This document shows, in pieces, positions 37,104 through 47,864 of a DNA stretch of 64,000 nt. Origin of the DNA: Chiloscyllium plagiosum (taxonomy: Eukaryota); assembly GCF_004010195.1 (NCBI RefSeq), contig NC_057720.1, positions 26,610,890 to 26,674,889 of the forward strand, given 5' to 3'. Made by a program: the position numbers and the translations under genes. Each line of letters opens with the position of its first letter. The first letter of the stretch is position 1. The notes under the pieces were generated by a model. The model saw only the letters and a list, made by a program, of their open reading frames with translations. It ran no database searches and had not been told where the DNA came from.

Positions 37104-38421
37104 CTTTGTTTTGTAGTGTAGGATCTCACCTTCTCCCAATTTCTATCCCTCACAGGGTAAAATTTTTGCCAGAAGCTAAATTTTTCCTTATGCACCAATC
37201 TGCCATCTCTGCCACGCATCTCATTTCTTGAGCTTTCTGTTCATCCACATGAATTCTTACCATCTCTGAAAGTGAATTTTTAAACTCCTCCAAGCAGAAT
37301 AATCTCTCTGAGAGCTTCATAGGTCTTATCTATTTTTAAGGCCTGCACCCATCTATCAAAATTACTATGTTTAATTCTTTCGAACTCAGCATAAGTCTGA
37401 CCTGGTTCCTTCTTTATGTTCATGAACCGCTGGCTATATGCTTCTGGTACCAATTCATAAGCACTTAAAACAGCCTGTTTGACCTCTTCATAATCTCTTG
37501 ACTCCGTATCTGACAATGCTGCAAATACCTCACTAGCTCTGCCTACCAGCTTAGTCTGAACTAGCATTACCCATGAGTTCTCTGACCACTCTATTGGCCG
37601 AGCCAACATTTCAAATGAAATAAAGAAGGCTTTGACATCTTTCTCATCAAAATGTGGCAATGTTTTAACATATTTGTGTACATCACTACCGTCTCTCTTC
37701 ATCTCCATCCTGTTAACTTGACTTTCCTGACTAATTCACAACGTTTTAAATTCAAATTCTCTCTCCCTTTCTCTTTCTTCTTTCTCTCTTTCTCTCTGTC
37801 TTTCTCTTTCTTCGCTCTCTCTTTGCTCAGCTAAGAACCTTCTCTCTTTTTCCTCTCTCTCTTTTCCTTCTTTCCATCTTTCTCTTTATTTTTCTCTTTC
37901 TTCTCTCTCTCTTTCTTTTCTCATGGCTCTTCTTTCCTTTTCTTTATCATCTAACTCCATTTGCCCCAATTGCAATTAAAGTTTTTTACGTCTACTGCAC
38001 TTGTCTGTTTCTCTGATACATCTAAGTGTTTGACCAACAATTTCAGCTTTCCATTTGTCGCTGGTTAAACCCAATTCTAATCTATTTGCTAATTTGTAAA
38101 GTATGTCCTTCCCCGGTATTTCTAAACTTTCTTGGCAAATTTGGAATGGATCTTCAAACCCCAGAACCACGTTAGCAATGTTAACAGCAATTTTCCTCAC
38201 TTTTCATTTAAGCAACCACAAGTAACCGAAAAGAAACAAATTGTATCCCCAATGTTTTAATTAATGATTTAGGTCACTAATGAACAAGTGGTTAAATCTG
38301 CTGGGATCTTGTGTGCCCCAAATCTATTCAAATCTTTCCAAATCTCAGACTAGATCTGTTTAAAGCTGTACAAATCTCAACCTGAACCCCCAAACTGTTG
38401 CAACACGTCAGTGAACCTCTC

Positions 38422-38553
38422 GGTAAAAACAAGGACTGCAGATGCTGGAAACCAGAGTCTAGGTTAGAGTGGCGCTGGAAAAGCACAGCAGGTCAGGCAG
38501 CATCCGAGGAGCAGGAAAATCGACGTTTCGGGCAAAAGCCCTTCATCAGGAAT
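38422..38553 (-). mobile_element. Solo Penelope-like terminal repeat nested in the Gypsy LTR
   Basis: Absent from the sister LTR at 36496-36545. Confidence 0.85.
38518..38553 (-). ncRNA. Minimal type-I hammerhead ribozyme motif (best-preserved copy)
   Basis: Minus strand attc-CTGATGA-A-GGGC-TTTT-GCCC-GAAA-CGTC-gatt with a canonical GUC triplet. Confidence 0.65.
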
Positions 38554-39144
38554 AAAGCCAGAAAAGCTCACCTCACCTCGTAAACTGTTAAAATATGAGT
38601 GACAAAGAATTCTCAAATTCCACTATTTAAAGAAAATAAATCAATATATTCTATTACTCTAAAAGTGAACATTAAACAACAACTATTTACAACTCTAAGC
38701 CCTCTTTCATTTAACTGCTTATTGACTGCCTCTAACTCTATAACAATGTACTGTTCCACTAAAATATTTATTAAAATTACATCAACTTAATTTCAAAACT
38801 ATACATCGGCTGTCATCTTTGGTGTCTTTCTTCTTCTGGCAGAATATCTCCCTGGATTGTCTTCTTTCTTTTTACTGTGTAGATGTTTTATATGAAAAGG
38901 TATCTTTGATAGAGAGTGTTTCAATCTCTTGGATCTCTCTGTCCATGGCAGTTGCTCTGTCTGATTTTCTAAATGTCTGTTTTTTTATATCCCCAACATT
39001 GGATCGTCTCATTGGTTCGATGTTGGCAAAACGATAAATTCAAACTTGATTGGCTCCAGTACTTTCACTTCTTTCCTCCAAGTCATTAAGTTGCTGCTGT
39101 GCTCAAGTCTGAGGCCTGAGCAGCTGATAAGAAAGTTAGAGGGA

Positions 39145-39430
39145 ATACTGGTCTTGACGTGAGTTATTCAGTTCAGGATTTCTAGCATCTAATCAACCCT
39201 TGTGGCTATATTATCTTTATGAATATTTCTGTTCAGTTTGTGGTCAGTGATAACCCTCAGGATGTTGATAGTAGGGGATTCAATGTTGAATGTCATTGTC
39301 ATTAAATGCCAAGGGACAAAGGTTAGATTCTCTCTTAGTCAAGATGGCCATGGCCTGGCATTTGTGTGATTTAAATGTTAGTTGCCACTTTTCGGCCTGA
39401 GCTCGGATAATGTCCAGGTCTTATCAGATC
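39145..39430 (-). mobile_element. CR1-group LINE RT fragment
   Basis: Similar to 7060-7310. Confidence 0.6.
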
Positions 39431-39509
39431 TCATTGAATTGCAGAACAATCTCGATGGGATGAATGGCTGATGTCTGCTACTGCATTCTATGTTCTTAGA
39501 AACAACAGA

Positions 39510-39640
39510 GCTGAAAAATGTGTTGCTGGAAAAGCGCAGGTCAGGCAGCATCCAAGGAGCAGGAGAATCGACGTTTCGGGCATAAGCCCTTCCGCATTTT
39601 TCAGCTCTGATCTCCAGCATCTGCAATCCTCACTTTCTCC
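39510..39640 (+). mobile_element. Short fold-back Penelope-like element, 16-bp TSD
   Basis: TSD tcttagaaacaacaga at 39494-39509 and 39641-39656. Confidence 0.88.
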
Positions 39641-40580
39641 TCTTAGAAACAACAGAACCTCCTGAAACATAGATAGCCTTATAAAATCTATGGTATTGTT
39701 AAAAGTGAGATTAATTCTTATGCAGGCTAAACACAAATCAAAATTCTCCCCAAGGAGAAACGGCATTTATCCCAGAGGTCTTAAAAGTACAAGGACTTAC
39801 ATCTGTGAAGCAGTGACAATCATTACATGAGAATCATTGGACACAGGGGAGTGTCAGTAAATTGGAAAGACACTAATTGGTGCTCATGTTCAAAAGCAGA
39901 AGCAAAACGTACAATGACAACTACATAGCCATTAGTCTTGCATACTTTCCAAGTATCATAATAGAATCAAAAATAGAGTGCTTCCTACTTCAACCGAGTC
40001 CTGTTTCAACAACAATTTTGCTATTCATATGTCTCCAGCAGATTATTGTATTCCCTTTACACTAGCTACCTATCTATCCTCATATTCTCTTTTCACTTCT
40101 CTTACTTATTTTTTCACATTCCCTCTTAATTTTCTGTACTTAACCAGATTCGCCCTTGTATTATCTGCCTGAATTTATCAAATGCACCTTCTGGCTGCTA
40201 CAACTTCCTCTGAATCTCTTTCACCATTTCGGTACCTATGACTTTGATAATCCTCGCATGGAACATATCTAGAATTGACCTCGAATATCTCTACTTTAAA
40301 GGCAGCACATTGCTCCTCATAGATTTGATGACAATCTTTGACTCCAAGTTGCTTTGGCCCTCCACCAGTTACAGATACCTATTTTCATTCTTGATTGTAC
40401 TTTTGAGGCAAAGGTGACATGCAAATTGTTCTTTTGCATAGCTGGCCATTTTTAAAAGCCTTTCATGAGATATGTTGGCTTTGGCCTCATTTATTGCCCT
40501 TATGACTTCTGGCTCCTAAACATCTTTACTCACATGTGTTCCACTTGCCCCACCTCATTCCCCAGAACCAGATCCAGCAA

Positions 40581-40864
40581 TCATAGAATCTCTACAGTGT
40601 GGAAACTGGTCACTCAGCCCATCGAGTCCACACTGACAGTCCAAACAGTCCCACCCAGATCCACCTCACCTACCTTACTCCTGTAACTCTGCATTTCTCC
40701 TGGCCAATCCACCTAACCCACATCTTTGTGACTGTGGGAGGAAAACCATGCAGGCATAGGTAGAACGTGCCGACTCCACACAGAGAGACGCCTGAGGTTG
40801 AAATTGAACCTGAGTCCCTGGCACTGTGCGTCAGCAGTGCAAACTGCTCAGCCACCATGCTGCC
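40581..40864 (-). mobile_element. HE1/V-SINE
   Basis: Reverse complement of the 41406-41742 family. Confidence 0.8.
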
Positions 40865-41229
40865 CCAACAATGCTTCCTTCCCTGTTATGCGAGAAAGTT
40901 AATTGATATCGAAATTGCTGCTGAAGTTTAAAAACTCTTTTGCTGCTTTACCATTACATTACTAGTATGCCAATCTACATTAGGTTAATTATTCCTACGC
41001 CCCACCCCCCATTATAACTACTCCATTGTTTTTGCACCTTACGGTTTCCTTGCAATGTAATTCTCTGTTTTTCCTGATAGTTGGTAGCCTATAGAATGGT
41101 TGTAGTAATACAATAGTTGTTCCTTCTTGTGACCTCTTGAAAACACTTCTTTTCTCTAATACTGTAATATTATCCTTAATCCTTACATCAACTCCTTCCA
41201 ACTTTGTTTCCAAACATATTTTGTTTGTG

Positions 41230-41960
41230 GGATACGCACATTGCTGGCAAGGCCAGTATTTTTATCCATTCCTAATTCCTAACTTAGTGTCTTACTAAGC
41301 AATTTCAAAGGGCAGTTAAGAATGATGTGTGACAATGTCTGGAATCACATATAGGCCAGATCACGTAAAAACAACAGATCGCTGTTGGGTGCAGGACAAT
41401 GGCAGGGGTGGCACAGTGGGTCTGTGGTTAGCCCTGCTGTCTCACAGCGCCAGGGACCCAGGCTTGACTCCAGCCTCGGGCAACTGTTTGAGTGGAGTTT
41501 GTACATTCTCCCCGTGTCTATGTGGGTTTCCTCCGGGTGCTCCAGTTTCCTCCCACAGTCCAAAGATGCACAGGTTAGGTGATTTGGCCATAATAAATTG
41601 CCTGTAGTGTTCAGCGATACGTAGGTTAGGTGCATTAGTTAGGAGTAAACATAGGGGAATGAGTCTGAGTGGGTTACTCTTCATAGGGTCAGAGTGGACT
41701 TGTTGGGACAAAAGGCCTGTTTCCACACTGTAGGGATTCTATGGTTACCTTGTCTTAAGCACCTTAGTGAACCGGATAACGTTTTACAAAGGCTGATGAC
41801 GGTATCATGGTTACTATTACTGAGACGGCCTTTATTTTCCACGTTTATTAATTCAACTAAATTTCCACTAGATGCCACAATGGGATTTGAACCCACATCG
41901 TCAGAGCATTCGCCTGGACCTCTAGAATTATCAGATCAGCAACACTATCAGAACACCACA
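41230..41960 (-). mobile_element. SINE family B split by an HE1 SINE
   Basis: Tail at ~41230-41390; head at ~41760-41960 ('tgggatttgaaccc'). Confidence 0.6.
41406..41742 (+). mobile_element. HE1/V-SINE
   Basis: 'ggtggcacagtgg...gtggttagc...ctcacagcgccagggaccc' head; 'gtagggattctatg' tail. Confidence 0.88.
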
Positions 41961-42227
41961 ATGTCATCTTATTCATGAATATTTGGCATCTCATCCTGCC
42001 CTTCTTATCCAGTGCTTGGTTATCACTCCAGCACCATGTTCCCACTCGGTTTTCTGCACCCAGAGTTCACCAATCTTATTGATCATAATCCACATATTCA
42101 TGTAGATGAACAAAAACTCAATTGAGGCATTATTGGATTCACTCTTACCCCCACCTTGCTATTGCTTATTTTAGTGCTACTTGTGCTATACATGGCAAGG
42201 AAAATCAAATAAGTGAAAGTTATGAAA

Positions 42228-42746
42228 TTAGCAAGGGTGTGGATGCTTTGGAAAGGGTACAGAAAAATTTTACCAGGTTGTTGCCTGGTATGGAGGCTTT
42301 TAGCTGTGAAGAAAGGTTGGTTAGATTGGGTTTGTTTCCTTAGAATGCAGGAGGTTGAGGTGCAACCTAATAGAACTTTATAAGTTTGTGCATGGAATGG
42401 ATAGAGTGGAAAGTATGGGGCTGTTTCCCAGGGTGGAGGGTTCAATTACTAGGCGACACAGGTTCAAGGTGCGAGGAGGATAGTTTAAAAGCAATGTGTG
42501 AGGCAATTTTTTCACACCAAGCATGTTGAGTACCTGGAACATATTTCCAGAAGAGGTGGTGGAAGCAGACACAATAGCAGCATTGAAGAATCACCTTGGA
42601 CGAATACACAAATGGGAAAGGAATAGAGGGATGCAGATCCTGTAGGTAAAGACAGTTTTAGTATGGGAGGGCAAAATGTGTCAGCGCAGTGTTGGAGGGC
42701 CAAAGGACTTGTTCCTATACTGCATTGCTCTTTGTTCTTTGTTCTA
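42228..42746 (+). mobile_element. CR1 3' fragment with (TTTGTTC)n tail
   Basis: 'VDALERVQKNFTRLLPGME..S.EERL.RLGLF'. Confidence 0.85.
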
Positions 42747-42819
42747 AGAATGAAGCTGGAAGAGATACAAGGAGTTTCATTGATTTCATGTTAAACTCAT
42801 TCAGCCAACCACAGCGAAA

Positions 42820-43372
42820 CAATTAGCAGATGCAAAGTAATGTTGAATTATATTGCCAAAACAAATGAATTCAAGTCAGAGGAGCTAACACTGAAATCTT
42901 GTGCTCTCTTCAGACTACACCTTGAATTCTGTGCCCAGTTCTGGTTGCCAAGAAACAAGGGAAATATACAAGGACTGGAGGCAATGCACAGCAGAGTCAT
43001 GACAATCATCCCTAATGTTAGTGTTCTAAATGCAGAAGAAAGGCTTCAAAATTTGGGCCTTTCATCCTTGAGAGTAGGTGGTGATCGCACAGAGGTATAT
43101 AAGATTAAGAGTATAGAAATCATTAACTTGAAGATTGCTTTAAATTGAACAGTGGGAATAGAACTAAGGGACACAGGTTCCAATTCACAACAGGCAATTT
43201 TATGAGTCAGAACATGAAATTTTTCTTCTGACAAAGAATCATTAATCTGTAGAATACATATCCAGATAAGTAACTGCAGGCAAAGGTTTTGGAATAATTT
43301 AAGAAACAATTGGATACTACAATTAAGATCAATCAAGGGGACTTGCTCATCCATAATTATTTTATGTTCTTA
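42820..43372 (+). mobile_element. Old CR1 3' fragment
   Basis: 'LFRLHLEFCAQFWLP','EERLQNLGLSSL'. Confidence 0.7.
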
Positions 43373-44262
43373 AGAGGGAGAAAGGTCTCAAAAATACTGA
43401 TTTCACTGATTGTAATAATTCTAGGGAAGTGAGGGGTGCTCACAATTGAGGAGAGCAACTCCACAACTTGACGAGAGGTCATTTGAACATGTGAAAATGA
43501 TTGAAACTATGTCCAATACAGCTAGTTCCTACATTTAAAGCTTTCTGCTCATTTTGTAATCTTCCTTCTTACTTACCCCAATTATTATTGCTATGCTTAT
43601 TCCAGAGGACAGGGTGCTTAAGCAAGGCATAACCAAAGTTGACATATTGTCACTGATTTGTCACTTACATGTGTAAATGAGTCGACTTTTAATCAATTCA
43701 AGCATATGCAAACATCCCATATGAACATTTTAGGTCATGTTTTCTCATAAAAATGTGTGAACCACAACAGTAAGCTTCATATTCCCATGCACTAATATAT
43801 AACCAGCCATGCATAAAAGATAAGGTAAATGTATACAAATTAATCACTCGACGACAAATAGTAAGCTGCTTAACTCTTGTTAATAAAATGGTTTAAAACC
43901 CAGAAGCAATCAACTGCGCAAAATAGATTTCAATCCCATATGGGTATAATTTCAAACTTTTCATTCACCTCAATGGAAAGCATGACAAGGCCAGGTGCTA
44001 ACGGGCAGATGATATCCACCCTCAAGGTAAAAATTAAATTGTTGCATTCAGTTGTTCCATTGTTTAGTGATTGATTGTGTATGTCTGTTGACTGCACACT
44101 ATGCCATGTGCTGTGGAGCTGATCTGTAGGTGTGGTTCAATAGAAACAGGCACATACAGCAAACGAAGGAACTCAGCACTTCAAAACCATTGTCACTCCT
44201 ATTTACACATAGGACCTGGTCATCTCTGCATATCTCCAAAGTTCAAAATGCAACAGTAATCA

Positions 44263-44601
44263 GAAAATCCCGATAGTGTGGACGCAGGCCATTTGGCCCA
44301 TTGAAATCACATCAACCCTCTGAAGAGTTCCCCACCCAGACCCACCCCCCCCCCCTACGCTATCCCTGTAACCCTGCATTTCCCATGGCTTATCCACCTA
44401 GTCTGCACAACCCTGGACACTGCAGGACAATTTCGCATGGCCAATCCACCTAATCTGCACATCATTGGACTGTGGGAGGAAACCCACACAAGACACCAGG
44501 TGAACATGTAAACTCTATACAGACAGTTGCCTGAGAGTGGAATCACATCCAGATCACTGGCACTATGGGACAGCAGTGTTAACCATTGAGTCACCGTACC
44601 A
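44263..44601 (-). mobile_element. HE1/V-SINE
   Basis: Reverse complement of the family sequence. Confidence 0.82.
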
Positions 44602-44745
44602 CTCCAATAATAATGTCACATTTTAAGAAGAAATAGCTGTCAATGTTGTTCCAACAGAACATGTAAACAAGAATCATAACAGAAGAAATACAAGTACCTC
44701 ATTGCACTGAAATTATGAATTAAAATGGTGCTAACATTGTCTATG

Positions 44746-45618
44746 TGTTATGATCCCAGCTGACACTATTACTGGACAAGTTGGATCTGGCTTGACAGAT
44801 TTTTCTGTGGGGTTTAACATTAGACTCTCACCCGAAACATGAACACAGAATTGCAGACTTGATTGTGAAAGTAAAACAGAAGCAAATTATGCAAAAGAAA
44901 TTAAGAGTAAAATAGAATAAATCAAACTAAATATAACACAAGTTTAAAGTTTTAAACAACATGGAAAAAATATAATCCCATTAATACCAAAAGAACTCCT
45001 TTACAATATTTACACCAGAGGGACTTACTTTCTTTATCACCCTTGAGATTTTAATACAACTGTGGCTTCAACTCCCAGTTGAGATGATCTGATAGCCCCT
45101 TCCTGAAGCCTTCATACAACAGTTTTTCAACTTTCCCAGCTTCGAATAGCCTCTTCAGGGTTTTAGCTAAATATCTCTGGTCTGGAACCTTTACTAATTA
45201 CCTTAGTCAGCAGCAACATAATTTTAACAGCTCAAAATTAATCCCTTTCCCGGGAGTAATTCTTTTGCAATCAGCTTAGTCGAGAACACTCCAGAGCTCT
45301 CCAAACTGAAATGAATGAAAGCCTATTTCTAAACTCTGGATGTTTTTCCTAATCAAAAGAAATTAATTCAATCCTTGATCTTCTAAACTGTAGCCCAATG
45401 CACAATGTTTAACTTATTCACTCATAGAATGCCCAATGTAAACAACACTCATTATTCCCCAGAAAATATTTCTTTCACACACTGTATTTTACATACATTT
45501 AAAATTACAAAAATACTTACAAGTTAATCATTAAACACCTTCAGACACACATAACTAATATTCCATTAGCTTAAAATTTAAACTCAGAAATAAATGATAT
45601 TTAAACATATATAATCAC
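44746..45618. mobile_element. Possible degenerate solo LTR
   Basis: Begins TGTTATGAT, ends ATAATCACA (imperfect inverted ends); no clean TSD. Confidence 0.25.
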
Positions 45619-46322
45619 ACACTGTTCATCAAAAATTATTATGCAATTAAAACATGTGACAAAATACAAACAATATGATGGCATAATAATAGGTGCCCCA
45701 AATGCACAAAGTCCCAGTCAATATTATCATGGCTGAATCATTTTCATACACTTCCTCAAAAATATTTTATGAAACATTTCCCTCATTTTAATATTTGCTG
45801 TTATGGAGTAAGGGCAATGGTGGAATACTCACATTTCTTGAGTATTCCAAGTATTGTCACAAGTGGGTGATTAACATCAGTCTCTGTCTTGCTCTTTATT
45901 GAATCAAAGTAGTGATCATGACACAAATCATGACACACATTTGGCAGTGTCCAGTGCAACCAGACATTTATTAATGTTACAGGAGATTGATCAAATTAGC
46001 TACCTACTGGTATTTGGACTGGAAAATGGTTTAGCAGAATCATTCATTAATTCTGTTAAGAAAAATACCAAAGAACTGCGGAAGCTGTAAACAACAAACA
46101 GAATCTGAAATTAGTGGAAAAACTCAGCAGGTCTGGCAGCATTAGTGCAGGGAAAGCAGAGTTAATGTTTCGGGTCGAGTGACCCAATTGCTGTGCAGAA
46201 CTTCAGGACAACCAATACACACCAAGGCAGTGGTTTGATATGAAGCTGCCTGGGCCTCAAGAAATTTTGTGATTAATTCAGGATGCTTGGTGCATCCAGG
46301 GAATGAGTATCATAACACCATG

Positions 46323-46683
46323 GGGAGGTGGCAGTCTGGGTGGTATTATCACTGGATAATTCAGAGACTCAGGTAATGTTCTGTGGATCCATGTTCAAGT
46401 CCCACCTTAGTGGAATTCAATAAAAGTCTGGAATTAAGAGTCTAATTAGATAATTCAAAATCTAATGATGACTATGAAACCATTGATGACAGTCAGAAGA
46501 ACCCACTGGTTCACTAATGTCCATTCGGGAAGGAAACTGCCATCTTTACCTGGTCTGGCCTACCTTTGACACCAGACCAACAGCAATGGGGATGATTTTT
46601 AGCTGTTCTCCAGGCAAGTAAGGATGGACAATAAATGCTGCCCTAGCCAGTTATGCCCTCATCCCATGAATGAATTTAAAAAA
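46323..46683 (+). mobile_element. SINE family B, near full length
   Basis: Colinear with 31163-31750 without the PLE insert. Confidence 0.82.
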
Positions 46684-47465
46684 CTACTTGTTGGATATAC
46701 TCCTCTGAGCAAGGAACTGCTGTGATTGGGAAACACCTCCATCGTTTCTCTTGAGGCTCCAAATCCAGACCTCCAGCCTATTTGGGCCTTGAAACCCATG
46801 ATGAGGCCACCACCCTCTCCAGTTCACCCTCAGATCCTTGTCCTTACATGTCTCAGCCTCTAATTCCCCTCTCACAGAATCCCAGTACACTCCCCAAGCC
46901 AGGTCACAGGGGTCACTTACCTCATCCCTCACCACTGAAACATTCAACATTTTAGAATATCCCCCACATCTAGTTCTGATTTCCAGTCAGGATAGACACA
47001 CTGTCTAGCCATTGATCATTCCTTTCTTCCCTTCAGTCAACCCACTTCCCTCCCAACCCATCTGGCTTGCCTGTATTCAATCACCTTCTTTTCCAGGAAC
47101 ACCCACTGCATGCCCACCAATCAACCCTATCAACTCAATCAATCTACCTACTATTTTTCTTGACAGTTGACCTTCCCTCTCCCCAACCCTGTATCTCCAC
47201 CCCAAAACCTCACACCTCTGAGTGTAAACTTCCAGCCTCTTCTCACCCCACCCCACCACACCACACAGCCTGAAAGGTAGATTGTCCCTGAGGCCTTCTT
47301 GCAAGTGGGACAACGTCATCAAGTTAAAATCAACAGCATGTGGAGAAATTACAACCCTCTGGTTAACTATCACTTTCCAGACCCCAACAGCCAGTATTGT
47401 AAAATTCAGGTATCCCTTTCTCAATCAGTCTTTGATTTCCTTTTTATTTACTCAATTTATTTCAC

Positions 47466-47864
47466 AGTCATAGAGTCATAGAGATGTAAAGCACGGAAAC
47501 AGAGCCTTCGGTCCAACTCGTCCATACTGACCAGATATCCCAACGCAATCTGGTCCCACCAGCCATCACCTGCCCCATATCCCTCCAAACCTTTCCTATT
47601 CATATACCCATCCAGATGCCTTTTAAATGTTGCAATTGTACCAGCCTCTACCACTTCCTCTGGCAGCTCATTCCATACACGTACCTCCCTCTGCGTGAAA
47701 ATGTTGCCCTTAGGTCTCTTTTATATTTTTCCCCTCTCACCCTAAACCTATGCCCTCTAGTTCTAGACTCCCCAACCCCAGGGAAAAGACTTTATTTATC
47801 TTATCCATGGATAAGATAAAATCCTCATGATTTTATAAACCTCTATAAGTTCACCCCTCAGCTT
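47466..47864 (-). mobile_element. HER1/CR1 3' end
   Basis: 'VEAGTIATFKRHLDGYMNRKGLEGYG' and 'ctctatgactctatgac' tail. Confidence 0.9.

Larger units (their letters stand above)
36496..39055 (-). mobile_element. Internally deleted Gmr1-like Ty3/Gypsy LTR retrotransposon (two partial LTRs, gag remnant, no pol)
   Basis: Direct repeats 36496-36816 and 38396-~38830; PBS-like 'tttgggggttc' (minus, ~38385-38395); ORF 37280-37708 'LPHFDEKDVKAFFISFE...LVGRASEVFAALS...AYELVPEAY.QRF'; K/E/R-rich coiled-coil region 37740-37960. Confidence 0.85.

Noticed and set aside
46690..47450. Pyrimidine-rich tracts (also ~16020-16480, ~50280-50640, ~57350-57820) as old L2-like LINE remnants
   Set aside because: Too degenerate to support without alignment
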